IMG/VR virus record: IMGVR_UViG_3300012667_000994
Span: 1 to 52,379 of that record
Strand: one strand, 5' to 3'
Origin: a virus
Taxonomy: Duplodnaviria; Caudoviricetes
Length of the DNA stretch: 52,379 bases
Shown here: positions 28,419-37,655 of the stretch, piece by piece
Layout: each line of letters begins with the position of its first letter
How positions within the stretch are numbered: position 1 is the stretch's first letter
Notes under the pieces: generated by a model
The model's database searches: none
Seen by the model: only the letters and a program-made list of their open reading frames with translations
Told to the model about the DNA's origin: nothing
Program-made: the position numbers and the translations under genes

Positions 28419-28733
28419 CTATTTTTTTACCGCTAAAAATACAACTAAACCTAAAATAACAGCACCACCAATTCCCAAACCAACATAAAGACCAGTATTG
28501 CTTTTTGCTCCACTACCTCCGCCTTGTTGTGCTTGTAATTGTAATTGTGCCGTTTGATAAGCTAATTCTTGTGCTTTAACTTGAGCATCTGCAATTGCTT
28601 TGGCATCATTCGCCTGCCCTTTTGCGTTTTGTTTTTGTTGATTAGATAAAATAAGTCCAGTACCTAATCCTAAAATTCCAGATATAGCACTACTTCCAGC
28701 ACTACTACTTATAAAGGTTGAAAATCCACTCAT
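28419..28733 (-). CDS. Gln/Ala-rich membrane protein
   Basis: SNTGLYV.LGIGG tail shared with 28949..29539. Confidence 0.75.
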   Translation of the reverse strand: MSGFSTFISSSAGSSAISGILGLGTGLILSNQQKQNAKGQANDAKAIADAQVKAQELAYQTAQLQLQAQQGGGSGAKSNTGLYVGLGIGGAVILGLVVFLAVKK

Positions 28734-28736
28734 ATT

Positions 28737-28946
28737 TTATCTATTACGTTCTACAAAATCGCTAAATTCTTTTAAGAATGTTGGCGAACTAACTAATCCA
28801 TCAATGGTCGCATTTACTAATTGTTCCGAATCATAATTTTCGGCATCAATAGTAACTCCATTTTTATTAAGCATTTCAGCAACTTGTTTTGGAAAAAAAG
28901 CTACTGTTGTGCCTACAATTTCTGAAGTTGCTTTTACTACGTCCAT
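28737..28946 (-). CDS. hypothetical protein
   Basis: L.KNGV...L.......SP.F.KE resembles the N-terminus of 28949..29539. Confidence 0.7.
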   Translation of the reverse strand: MDVVKATSEIVGTTVAFFPKQVAEMLNKNGVTIDAENYDSEQLVNATIDGLVSSPTFLKEFSDFVERNR

Positions 28947-28948
28947 GA

Positions 28949-29539
28949 TTATTGTTTTTTAGCAATTACATAAACTAATACACCAACTAAAGCCACACCA
29001 CCTATACCTAAAGCTACATATAAACCAGTATTGCTAGTTGGAGGAGGGGTTGAACCACCTTGACTTGCTCCACCTTGTTGAGCAATAACTTGACCAGCTT
29101 GTGCTTCAACTTTTCTAACATCTAATTCTTTATTTTCTAAATACTTATTACCTAAAGTAAACAATTTATCGAAAATAGTACCAACTGTTGTGTCTGCAAA
29201 GTCTTTTTTAGGCTTTGTAGAAGTTGTTGTAGTTGTACTTGTAGTTGAAGTTCCGTTTGGAGCAAAAACATTAGGGTCAAATGTAGGTAGATTAGAAAAA
29301 TACCCACTCGCATTAGAGAAATTAACATCTCCTTTTTCAGAAGTCAAAACCCCCATAAGCAAAATAGCTTCTTTTTTGAAAGAATCTGATTTTTGCATAG
29401 CTTTTAAAATCATGTTTGTCAAATCTTCACATGAAGTATTAGTATTAACTAATACGCCATTTCTTCTTAACAAACCTAAATATTTTTCTTTATTTTTTCT
29501 TACTGAATCTAGTAAGATTAATCCAAAGTTATTTTCCAT
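28949..29539 (-). CDS. putative virion membrane protein
   Basis: FSNASG motif; C-terminal TM. Confidence 0.75.
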   Translation of the reverse strand: MENNFGLILLDSVRKNKEKYLGLLRRNGVLVNTNTSCEDLTNMILKAMQKSDSFKKEAILLMGVLTSEKGDVNFSNASGYFSNLPTFDPNVFAPNGTSTTSTTTTTSTKPKKDFADTTVGTIFDKLFTLGNKYLENKELDVRKVEAQAGQVIAQQGGASQGGSTPPPTSNTGLYVALGIGGVALVGVLVYVIAKKQ

Positions 29540-29542
29540 GTT

Positions 29543-29923
29543 TTATTTTTTTATCATTAATGCAGTAAAGATAAACAAAGCAGACACTAAAATCATAGCA
29601 TTTGTTTGTTGTGCAATCATACTTGAGCTTGAATTATCTTTTTCTTTAGAAACTTCTAATCCACTAGCATTTAAAAACCCCTCTTGTCTTTTGCTACCAC
29701 AACCACAACCACAAGTTGAAGTTTTGGTGTCAGAAAACATTTCTAAAATTATTTCTTTATCTGGGTGGTTTTCCATTACTTTTTTCAATGCAGGCTCTCC
29801 TACTTTTGCAACTACTTGAGATAATCCCATGTCTGGAGTGTTAGCGTGTTCGTAACCAAACGATTCGATAATACCTTGAGCCACTATCGGATTACTTTCT
29901 GCTACATATTTATATACATCCAT
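29543..29923 (-). CDS. putative virion membrane protein
   Basis: HPDKE.IL, CGCGCG, FLNASG, C-terminal TM; start 29923 because the track start lies in a terminator. Confidence 0.75.
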   Translation of the reverse strand: MDVYKYVAESNPIVAQGIIESFGYEHANTPDMGLSQVVAKVGEPALKKVMENHPDKEIILEMFSDTKTSTCGCGCGSKRQEGFLNASGLEVSKEKDNSSSSMIAQQTNAMILVSALFIFTALMIKK

Positions 29924-29941
29924 CTTTTTTTGTGTTTTAAG

Positions 29942-29980
29942 AAAAAAAGGACAAGACGAATTAATCAATCTTGCCCTTTT
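29942..29980 (-). terminator. terminator after the capsid candidate
   Basis: AAAGGGCAAGA/TCTTGTCCTTT stem plus T tract on minus strand. Confidence 0.7.
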
Positions 29981-30022
29981 ATATCAATTATACATTAATT
30001 CGTTGCTTAAAGCGTCATTAAA

Positions 30023-30724
30023 TTAAGCTTTTAATTTAATAGTTTGCCCATTAACAACATTTGGATTACCAAATTGTTTAGCAACAGCGTTTCCACCTAA
30101 TGCACGAGATAAGTTAATGTTATCTGCTGGGTAGAAGTATAATTTAACAGTTGCATTAGCAAGTACTTGACGAATGATAAGTTTTGTGAAACCATCAATT
30201 CTATAAGCATACTTCATTGCAATAATGTTAGTTTGTTGCTGATATGGGTCAATTGTAGGCACTAAAGTTTTTTGTGCCAAGTTACCATTTGCATCTTTAG
30301 TGTTAACCGAAATAGTTTCTAAAACTTGGTTAGCAGTTGCAGATTGGATATAAGTTAAACCAACTGAATATGGTTGATTCATAAATTGGTATAACATTTC
30401 ACGATAAGTGATGTCAGAAATTCCAGAAGAAATTGTAATTGAACCAATTACTAAATCTCCACCAGTTGTGAAACCAGCATTGTTGATGTATTGGTATGAA
30501 CCTAATACTTCAAAGTTAGACACAGCTGAACCAGATGTAGAAGTAATATCTACAATATAAGGTTGAGAAGTTGGAGCAGAAGCACCCATCATATCTCCAC
30601 CAGCGTTTCTGAAGAAATCATCTCCAGTAAATGACAAATCGTCATCGATAAAACCATCTGCATTTGCAAAACTTTCCATTGCATTTCTTTGAGCAGAAGC
30701 TAAATATTTTCTTACGTTAGACAT
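30023..30724 (-). CDS. major capsid protein candidate (beta-rich, possibly single jelly-roll)
   Basis: Soluble, beta-strand-rich, near the packaging ATPase, own promoter and terminator, has a paralog; fold is inferred. Confidence 0.6.
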   Translation of the reverse strand: MSNVRKYLASAQRNAMESFANADGFIDDDLSFTGDDFFRNAGGDMMGASAPTSQPYIVDITSTSGSAVSNFEVLGSYQYINNAGFTTGGDLVIGSITISSGISDITYREMLYQFMNQPYSVGLTYIQSATANQVLETISVNTKDANGNLAQKTLVPTIDPYQQQTNIIAMKYAYRIDGFTKLIIRQVLANATVKLYFYPADNINLSRALGGNAVAKQFGNPNVVNGQTIKLKA

Positions 30725-30769
30725 AATAATAAATTTTTATAATTTTTAAATAATTTTTTTGAAACTCGA

Positions 30770-30898
30770 TTAAGCTTCCGTTTCTACTGGAGCAAGAGTT
30801 TTAGTTGACATATACTTTTTTTCAATAGCATTAGCAATTAAAACACCAGCAACTACAACAGCAACACCTTTCAATAATGACACTAATTCTTTTTGCAT
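30770..30898 (-). CDS. 42-aa membrane protein co-transcribed with the capsid candidate
   Basis: MQKELVSLLKGVAVVVAGVLIANAIEKKY...; start 30898 preferred. Confidence 0.75.
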   Translation of the reverse strand: MQKELVSLLKGVAVVVAGVLIANAIEKKYMSTKTLAPVETEA

Positions 30899-30961
30899 TT
30901 CAGAATGTTTTTTAATTAAACTTATTTTTAATAATAATTGTTTACAGAAACAATAACAATT

Positions 30962-30969
30962 CAAAGATA
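30962..30969 (-). promoter_or_regulatory. -7 element (TATCTTTG) for the capsid operon
   Basis: Consensus match just downstream of a terminator. Confidence 0.55.
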
Positions 30970-30978
30970 TAATACAAT

Positions 30979-31005
30979 AAAAAAAGTCCGTAATAAAACG
31001 GACTT
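30979..31005 (-). terminator. terminator after the ATPase operon
   Basis: AAGTCCGT/ACGGACTT stem plus T tract. Confidence 0.7.
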
Positions 31006-31069
31006 GTTATTTATAACTAAAAACTATTAGTTTAGTTTATTTTATAGAAAAACCTTATTGTTATTGGCT

Positions 31070-31255
31070 TTATTGAGTTTTTTGTTCAATAATTTTTTTT
31101 TCAATTTTTTCTAATTTTATTTTTAATTCTTTTGTATCTTCATTTATAACACAAACAATAACGTTGGTTAGCGAAGTAATAACCAGAATAAGACATAAAA
31201 TTAATATGAAAAAATCTTGTTTTAGCTCTTTTTTCTTTACTTTATATTCCTCCAT
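31070..31255 (-). CDS. small membrane protein
   Basis: Central TM helix. Confidence 0.65.
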   Translation of the reverse strand: MEEYKVKKKELKQDFFILILCLILVITSLTNVIVCVINEDTKELKIKLEKIEKKIIEQKTQ

Positions 31256-31258
31256 GAC

Positions 31259-32077
31259 TTACAAATAGTATTTAAGGATTCTTTCTTTATGAAATTTAAC
31301 TGCATCGGCTGGAGTAAATTTTTTCTTTCCACCTATCAAATCCTTTTGTTGTAGCATAGGAGTAATTAGTTTTCTATAATTGTGAGAAATATATTCGTCA
31401 ATAATTGGCTCTAGCTTTTTTCTATCTGCACCTTTTATCTTTTCATCATCAATATCCACATATACAAATATCCTTTGATTGTCGTATTCATGGTATTCCT
31501 TATTAGTGTATAGTTCAACTATTTTGAACATTTCGTATTTATCCTCAAACTTGTTTCTATGTTTGTCAACGCTATCTGTATTTTTGTGAAAACGCATCCA
31601 ATTAAGGTTTTGCCAAATTTTTGGAGAAACCCTACCAATAGATTGAAAGTGCAAAATAATGTCAGTATCGGTATGTCTATTTGTTACAATAGCACCAACA
31701 AGGTCATTTGGTAAATAATCCGAAATATATCGGTTAATATCCTCAATAAGCAAAAGTCCATTTCTAAAGTCGAATAATATTTTGAACAATGTTTCTTGAA
31801 CATCATTAATAGTCATTCTTGTTCCGTTATCGTGGAAAGGTCTAATCCTTCTTATTTCAATTTTTGGGTGCATAGAAAACTTTTGCACATCGGATATTTT
31901 TAATGCTTTAATATCTTCATACTCATCGTTAACATCAAGTATAAGCACTCGTCTTGGAGCAACCCCTTTTGTTGGGTTGCCTTGAACATATTGTTGAAGC
32001 ATACGTTTAGTCGTATAGGTTTTACCACAACCTTTACGACCAACCGCTACTCCTAATTTTGGTTCTCTTTCTTCCAT
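31259..32077 (-). CDS. FtsK/HerA-superfamily (A32/P9-like) genome packaging ATPase
   Basis: Walker A GRKGCGKT, ILDVNDEY, Walker B LLLIED, Arg-finger NRH, ILHFQ, I.QN. Confidence 0.8.
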   Translation of the reverse strand: MEEREPKLGVAVGRKGCGKTYTTKRMLQQYVQGNPTKGVAPRRVLILDVNDEYEDIKALKISDVQKFSMHPKIEIRRIRPFHDNGTRMTINDVQETLFKILFDFRNGLLLIEDINRYISDYLPNDLVGAIVTNRHTDTDIILHFQSIGRVSPKIWQNLNWMRFHKNTDSVDKHRNKFEDKYEMFKIVELYTNKEYHEYDNQRIFVYVDIDDEKIKGADRKKLEPIIDEYISHNYRKLITPMLQQKDLIGGKKKFTPADAVKFHKERILKYYL

Positions 32078-32079
32078 GA

Positions 32080-33147
32080 TTATTTTCTAGGTTTTCTTGG
32101 AGAAGTTGCTCTCTTTGTTGTTGTTCTTTTGGTTTTACGAACTGGTTTTTCTAAATCGCTATCTTTTGCAATTTTTTCAATACCAGCTAATATATCTGGG
32201 TCGCCAAATGTAGGCATATTATCTGCTACTTTGCTTTCAGTTTTAAAACCTCCATTATCATTTAATATTGAATATACTCCGTTTTCAACTTCTTCTGGCT
32301 CAAAAAACTCAACTTGACTATCAAGGTTCGTTGCTGGTTTTTTTCTTTTTGGTGGAGCTACATATTCTTGCTCTACTGCTTCGCTTATATTATCGGTGTA
32401 TTCTGAACTTGAAGTAGTTTCTGCTTTTGGCTCGTATTTAACTTCTTGTTCTTGCGGTCTTGGTCTTGGTTGTTGTGTTTCACGAATAGCTAAAGTATTT
32501 TCTCTTAATGAATCTATAATACCATTAGCGGTTTTTCTCAACATGAAAGCTTGAACTCCTTTTGCACCAAAATCGGTTGCGAAATAATACATAAGCAATT
32601 GCTCATCGGTCATACCAATACCACGCTTTTTGAAAACTCTTTCTAAAGGTGGTTTTACTTTTTCTTTGAACTCATCGGAAACCGAAAACGCATCCTTAAT
32701 GCTATCGTTATATTCCCTTGCAAAATCTTTAACTCCTAAATTTCCGCCTTCAGTTGGAATCTCTATGTTTCCATCAATTTCGCCTTCAGCTATTAATCGG
32801 TCTAATTTACCTTCAGAAATTTCTGGTAGTTTACCTAATAATCCACAACCCTTTTCGTAAAGGTCAAGGGTCATTTCTGCCATCATTTTAGCACCCATTG
32901 TTTTTTCCTTACCATCTAATTCGCTATATGGTTGATTAAATGGTCTTTCTGGCTCGGCTTCTCCGCCTTCTTCCTCAAAGTCATTAAAACTAGGTGGTTG
33001 AAAAGTTGGTTCTTCTAAATCCCCTAACACTTGTGCATCTGCAATATGGTGCTGGGTATATGAACGTTGTTTTACTGGTGCGTCTAATGGAGAAAAATCA
33101 TCAATTATTTCTACCTCTGGTGCTGTATTAATTGTTTCTTGGCTCAT
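32080..33147 (-). CDS. acidic protein with basic tail upstream of the ATPase
   Basis: 355-aa ORF; possible packaging accessory or scaffold, by position only. Confidence 0.7.
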   Translation of the reverse strand: MSQETINTAPEVEIIDDFSPLDAPVKQRSYTQHHIADAQVLGDLEEPTFQPPSFNDFEEEGGEAEPERPFNQPYSELDGKEKTMGAKMMAEMTLDLYEKGCGLLGKLPEISEGKLDRLIAEGEIDGNIEIPTEGGNLGVKDFAREYNDSIKDAFSVSDEFKEKVKPPLERVFKKRGIGMTDEQLLMYYFATDFGAKGVQAFMLRKTANGIIDSLRENTLAIRETQQPRPRPQEQEVKYEPKAETTSSSEYTDNISEAVEQEYVAPPKRKKPATNLDSQVEFFEPEEVENGVYSILNDNGGFKTESKVADNMPTFGDPDILAGIEKIAKDSDLEKPVRKTKRTTTKRATSPRKPRK

Positions 33148-33157
33148 GTTATATTTT

Positions 33158-33589
33158 TTAATTGTTTTCTAATTTTAATAAAATGTCGTCTAATTTTGAC
33201 AAAATTTGCTTTTCAAAAGGGTGTGTTCTACTCATTTCTTTAATTTCTTTTATAAGAATTGAAATTAGGGGAAATGGTTTTTTGGTTATAAAAGATATTT
33301 TTTCATAATCGAAATCATATTTTTTATATAAAATATAAAAAACACTTCCTAAAGCATATCTCCTATTGTTTTTTCTTTTATTAGAATAAAAATCTTCTAA
33401 AGTCATTGAGTAGGTTTCGCAAACAATATTTATAATTATCATTGCTCTATCGTATTCCTCAATAGTTAAGTCTTTTGTTGATTTTTGAATATTCTTTAAA
33501 ATTTCGGTAAGTTTTGAAACGCCAACAATTTCTGCTGTTGCCCCAACCTCCATTAGCATTTTTGATATGTCGTCTTTTTCTTGGTTCAT
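33158..33589 (-). CDS. DnaA C-terminal-like HTH protein
   Basis: IINIVCETY..T.EDFYS.KRK...Y.L. Confidence 0.5.
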   Translation of the reverse strand: MNQEKDDISKMLMEVGATAEIVGVSKLTEILKNIQKSTKDLTIEEYDRAMIIINIVCETYSMTLEDFYSNKRKNNRRYALGSVFYILYKKYDFDYEKISFITKKPFPLISILIKEIKEMSRTHPFEKQILSKLDDILLKLENN

Positions 33590-33592
33590 TAA

Positions 33593-33985
33593 TTACACTT
33601 TTAAGTAGTTATCCATTATTTCTTTTGTCATGTCGAATCCCCAGCTAAAACAACAAAAGTAACCTTTTGCTTTAAGTTTCTCAATACTTTCTAACTGGTT
33701 TTTCAAATGGTCATTTGTTGATGCCTTAATTTCTCCATTCTTTTTAAATGGTGTTTCTACTTTCAGCTCAATAAATAATCCACTATATCCGTTTCTTGGC
33801 TCTAAAATTAATAAATCTGGAGTAGAAAAACCAAATTTTTGTATTTTTTTATTTCTACTAGCTTGTGCAGGTGTAAGTTTTAAACTCGCAATAGTGTCAG
33901 ATAAATACAAAACATCTGGATATTGATAACTTAAATACCTACAAATAGCTACTTGTAAATCGTATTCTGGTTGTCTTTTACTCAT
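33593..33985 (-). CDS. VRR-NUC-type nuclease / resolvase
   Basis: EYDLQ...PDLLI...GLFIELK...Q...L..KGY. Confidence 0.85.
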   Translation of the reverse strand: MSKRQPEYDLQVAICRYLSYQYPDVLYLSDTIASLKLTPAQASRNKKIQKFGFSTPDLLILEPRNGYSGLFIELKVETPFKKNGEIKASTNDHLKNQLESIEKLKAKGYFCCFSWGFDMTKEIMDNYLKV

Positions 33986-34626
33986 ATACCATATTTTTTC
34001 GCAAACTCTTTATGTTTTAATATATTCTCTCCAACTTCTTTTGCGAAATCATTATCGGATGGATAGTGTAAACCTAAATTTACTCTACTTTCTGCTACAT
34101 CTTCAATTATTGACTTGCAAAACTTATAATGTGTTGGGTACATACTACCAATTACGTTTAGCATAACGTATGATTGAACAGTATGTCCAGAAGGGAAAGA
34201 AGGGGAGCTTGCCGAAAAACTATCAAATGGGAAAAGTTTTAGCTTATAATAATTAGCTAATTGATATGGTCTTGGTCTATTGAAATGCACTTTCAATTTA
34301 GCAATTAAAGGGTTAATGTCCAAAAATATTTCCTCGCATACTTCTTGAACATCGACCCCCTTTTGCTTAAATATAGATACCAAAGTTTGTATTAAACTTC
34401 GGTCATAAGAATTATACCTTTTTAAAAACAATTCGTTTTCTGGATTTTCCAATAAGGAAATACCATCTACCACCTCGTTCAACTCCTCTTTAGTTAATTC
34501 AGAATCGTTGTAAGGCATTGGTGCATTTTTAAGTTGGTCAAAAAGGTTATCCACTAAACCCTTTTTGCTTAATAATACTTTTGTTTTTTGTGTTGGGTTA
34601 CCGTAAGTTACTTGGTTTAACTCCAT
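33982..34626 (-). CDS. PAP2-superfamily phosphatase
   Basis: K..FNRPRP, PSFPSGH, SR...GLHYPSD. Confidence 0.88.
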   Translation of the reverse strand: MELNQVTYGNPTQKTKVLLSKKGLVDNLFDQLKNAPMPYNDSELTKEELNEVVDGISLLENPENELFLKRYNSYDRSLIQTLVSIFKQKGVDVQEVCEEIFLDINPLIAKLKVHFNRPRPYQLANYYKLKLFPFDSFSASSPSFPSGHTVQSYVMLNVIGSMYPTHYKFCKSIIEDVAESRVNLGLHYPSDNDFAKEVGENILKHKEFAKKYGI

Positions 34627-34628
34627 AA

Positions 34629-34952
34629 TTATTTAGTTAACATACACTCTTTAACAAAGTTTGATTTTGAACTTTCCATTGCTTCTTGTGAAGTAAATCT
34701 TGTAAGTGAACCTATTGTGTCAACCCATTTTTTTTCACACTCTGCTTGTCTTGGATTGACTAATTCAGTTACAGCACCAGTAACAGTACTTACAGCACCG
34801 CCTACAACTTGTTCTGCTCCAGAAACAATTTCTCCAGCACCGCCAGTTAATTGTGCTAATCCAGTACCTTTTTTATTAAATAAATCTTTTTTGAAGATAA
34901 GATAACCAATTGCTACCCCACTTGCTACTAATAATAAGTCTTTTGCCCCCAT
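34629..34952 (-). CDS. N-anchored membrane protein
   Basis: ECEKKW...FVKEC module shared with 23028..23573. Confidence 0.7.
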   Translation of the reverse strand: MGAKDLLLVASGVAIGYLIFKKDLFNKKGTGLAQLTGGAGEIVSGAEQVVGGAVSTVTGAVTELVNPRQAECEKKWVDTIGSLTRFTSQEAMESSKSNFVKECMLTK

Positions 34953-34954
34953 AA

Positions 34955-35092
34955 TTATTTTGCTTTGTAAACAGTTAAACCAGTTTTTGTTTTTGAAGCT
35001 ACATAGGTTTTACCATTGTATTCAAATGAACTTGCTCCTTTTTTTTTGGCTTCCAACATTGCTTTGAAATACCCATTTTGTGCTTTTGGCAT
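34955..35092 (-). CDS. 45-aa basic protein (not in ORF track)
   Basis: MPKAQNGYFKAMLEAKKKGASSFEYNGKTYVASKTKTGLTVYKAK fills the gap exactly. Confidence 0.75.
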   Translation of the reverse strand: MPKAQNGYFKAMLEAKKKGASSFEYNGKTYVASKTKTGLTVYKAK

Positions 35093-35103
35093 AATTTTAA
35101 ATT

Positions 35104-35433
35104 TTAAGTTGTTTCGTATTTTTTACCTAATGCTTTTTTAAGGTTATATTTAACCTCGTCAATATCGCCAGTCATATTTTCATATTCTTCGGCTGTTGGT
35201 TGTTCGTCTAATTTCTTTATAGCTTTTCTATAATAGAAAATTCCGTAAACCGACAAGGTAATTAGCAAGGCACTAATAACAATGTCTTTAATGTTCATTT
35301 TGCCACTTGTAATGCTTCCCATAGCTCCTCCTTCTTCATAGCTAGTTTCTACTGTTGGAGCAGGTGTACTTGCTACTACTGGTGCTGGTGCTGGCGTACT
35401 TACTTCTGCTGGCGGTGTTGTTTGTCCTTCCAT
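35104..35433 (-). CDS. membrane protein with Pro-rich N-terminus
   Basis: YEEGG motif before a TM helix. Confidence 0.7.
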   Translation of the reverse strand: MEGQTTPPAEVSTPAPAPVVASTPAPTVETSYEEGGAMGSITSGKMNIKDIVISALLITLSVYGIFYYRKAIKKLDEQPTAEEYENMTGDIDEVKYNLKKALGKKYETT

Positions 35434-35434
35434 G

Positions 35435-35848
35435 TTATTTCTTTTTAATTGACATAAAAATTAATGCTAAACCTAATAAACCAGAAAATCCAGCATAAGC
35501 ATATTTGTTTTTTATAAAATGCTCTTTAACCTTATTTTTTTTGGTATCTTGATTTATGTTTTTTGGTTTAGAAAAATCAATTACAAGTTCTCCTAGTTCA
35601 GTTGTTGCTTCTTTTAAAGTTACTTTCTTGTTTTGTAATTCATCAGCGGTAAAAGTTTGTTTAGCGAATCCGACATAACTAACTTCAAATATATCTTTTT
35701 CAGTAAAGCTATCGCTTTCTAAACTAAAGTTACCATCGAAGTCTGCGTTTGTTCCGACCTTACCAGCCTTTGAACCGCTTTTTAGTGTAATGTTAGCACT
35801 AATTAAAGGCTCGTTATCTATATCTACTACTTTACCGCTTATTCTCAT
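35435..35848 (-). CDS. CarboxypepD_reg-like domain protein with C-terminal TM
   Basis: ISGKVVD..NEPLISANI...GT.ADFDGNFSL...VSYVGF. Confidence 0.85.
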   Translation of the reverse strand: MRISGKVVDIDNEPLISANITLKSGSKAGKVGTNADFDGNFSLESDSFTEKDIFEVSYVGFAKQTFTADELQNKKVTLKEATTELGELVIDFSKPKNINQDTKKNKVKEHFIKNKYAYAGFSGLLGLALIFMSIKKK

Positions 35849-35994
35849 TATGCTTTACCATTTAATCGTTTAATAGTGTAATAATTCACTATTGCTCCCA
35901 AAGTGAAAGACACTATACCAACTACCACAAATATTGTTGACAAATGTTTGTGTATTTGTGTATTTTTTTCTTGTTTATTTTCTTGTTCTAACAT
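35848..35994 (-). CDS. 48-aa membrane protein (not in ORF track)
   Basis: MLEQENKQEKNTQIHKHLSTIFVVVGIVSFTLGAIVNYYTIKRLNGKA, TAATG-coupled. Confidence 0.7.
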   Translation of the reverse strand: MLEQENKQEKNTQIHKHLSTIFVVVGIVSFTLGAIVNYYTIKRLNGKA

Positions 35995-36655
35995 ATATGT
36001 ATGCACCTCCTAATGCGATTAATCCTATCCCTATAACTAATGCTAATTTGTTGCCACTAGACAAAGCGTATGGTTTGTTTAAAACATAAAAAGCATCTAG
36101 CCTATTTAACCACCCTTTTAAAAAAGTTGGTTGATTTAATGCTTTATATTTATTTGCTCTAAAATCGTTTAATTTTTCAAACAATTCTGGAGTTTGACCT
36201 TCATCATCTAATTTGTTGACAAAATTTACCATTTCGGAAATTGTAGTAAGGTTTTTATTATAGTTTTTTTTGAAAAAACTATTTAGCCAACCTAATGTAC
36301 CAGTACCTTTACTAACACTTCCTAGACCACTACCCCAAATCATTTCTACAAATGTATTTGCAATTGCTTGATTTTTTATTTTATCGCCTTGTATAACATC
36401 CCAAAAGCCAACTTTATATACCTTATACCAAACTGAATCTGGCATTTTTAAGAAATTATCGCAAGTAGCGGAATATCCCCCTTTAGAAGCTAATCCTTGA
36501 AAAGTTGCCCATGTAATACCTTTATTGGTATGAATTGGATAACCATCTTTATTCCCACAAGGAGAAGAATTTTTTGATGCAGAATCTTTTGGGTTTGAAC
36601 TCAAACCTCCTTCCGATTTTCTAATATGGGGTATTAAATTTTTATAATCTGCCAT
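35975..36655 (-). CDS. GH108-family lysozyme with C-terminal TM
   Basis: SEGG.S.NPKD, TNKGIT, FLKGWLNRL. Confidence 0.85.
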   Translation of the reverse strand: MADYKNLIPHIRKSEGGLSSNPKDSASKNSSPCGNKDGYPIHTNKGITWATFQGLASKGGYSATCDNFLKMPDSVWYKVYKVGFWDVIQGDKIKNQAIANTFVEMIWGSGLGSVSKGTGTLGWLNSFFKKNYNKNLTTISEMVNFVNKLDDEGQTPELFEKLNDFRANKYKALNQPTFLKGWLNRLDAFYVLNKPYALSSGNKLALVIGIGLIALGGAYIYVRTRK

Positions 36656-36949
36656 TTACCATAAAATTTTATCAGCATAATATCCATTTGAACCAACTAT
36701 ATGTCGGTCTTTTTCATGCCTTTCTTTATACAATTTTCTACGCTTGTTTGCGTAACCTTTTTCATAATATCCTTTTTTTTCTTTTTCAAGATATGTAGGA
36801 TAATCATTCATTCCTCTAGCTCCAACACTAGCTACTTTTTTACCATTTTTGAAAACATCAATTTTCTTTAAAAGGTTAGTGGATGGTTTGATGACCACCC
36901 CTAACTCTTTTGCCTTTCTAAAGCTATATGGTAAAATTTTGTAAGCCAT
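36656..36949 (-). CDS. basic viral protein (DUF5754/Tlr6F-like)
   Basis: KKIDVF...SVGA.GM.DY...RR.LY..RH...GYYADKILW; recognised from memory. Confidence 0.6.
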   Translation of the reverse strand: MAYKILPYSFRKAKELGVVIKPSTNLLKKIDVFKNGKKVASVGARGMNDYPTYLEKEKKGYYEKGYANKRRKLYKERHEKDRHIVGSNGYYADKILW

Positions 36950-37653
36950 TATTTATCTAAAACGTTATAATATAAATCCATAAAACCATGAACTCCTAGC
37001 ATTTTTAGAATATAACCTCTTGTTTCTGATTTTAAAACATCTTTAGCGTTTGCTATTTGAGAAACAGTCATATTCTTTATTTTGTTTCTAGTTCCGTAAT
37101 AACCTGCATTATACGAAACCATTACCTTGTCTAAACCTCCAACACCAGCTTGAGCAAACGCTTCAATCATCCAACGAATAGTTGCAGTACCAACAGCAAT
37201 ATTGTATTCTACATTTGTAAGACCTGCTAATATTTGTGTTGTTTCTGCTGAAGTAGGAAGTCTGCTAGCACTCCATTTAGAAGTTGTAGAAACTTTACTA
37301 TTTAAAAAGTTTTTTGTTTGAGAAGATAAAGGAACGCTAACTTCATTATTCCATTTAGTGATAACTTCATAAGCGGTATTAGGTGTAACTTGCATTAATC
37401 CAGTTGCATTATACCTATTTTTTGGAGCATTTTTACCACCGCTTTCAGTACAAATAAAACATATAATTATACCTCTATCAATATCAAAAACATCTGCCCA
37501 TTTGTCAATTATTTTACCATAATTTTTATCTACATCTTGAATCATTTTTTTGTGAGATTCAATAATGTGAGATTTAGAGTAATCTATACCACCTTTTTGA
37601 ACATAATAATTATTCAATTGCGGAACTGTAAAGTCAAATTTCGTATATCCCAT
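36949..37653 (-). CDS. lytic transglycosylase (SLT)
   Basis: ICTESGG, ATGLMQV, YNI..GT, SYNAG, ETRGYI. Confidence 0.88.
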   Translation of the reverse strand: MGYTKFDFTVPQLNNYYVQKGGIDYSKSHIIESHKKMIQDVDKNYGKIIDKWADVFDIDRGIIICFICTESGGKNAPKNRYNATGLMQVTPNTAYEVITKWNNEVSVPLSSQTKNFLNSKVSTTSKWSASRLPTSAETTQILAGLTNVEYNIAVGTATIRWMIEAFAQAGVGGLDKVMVSYNAGYYGTRNKIKNMTVSQIANAKDVLKSETRGYILKMLGVHGFMDLYYNVLDK

Positions 37654-37655
37654 AA

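Noticed and set aside
31259-32077. ATPase as a terminase large subunit
   Set aside because: Too short, no nuclease domain, and motif order fits FtsK/HerA-type ATPases
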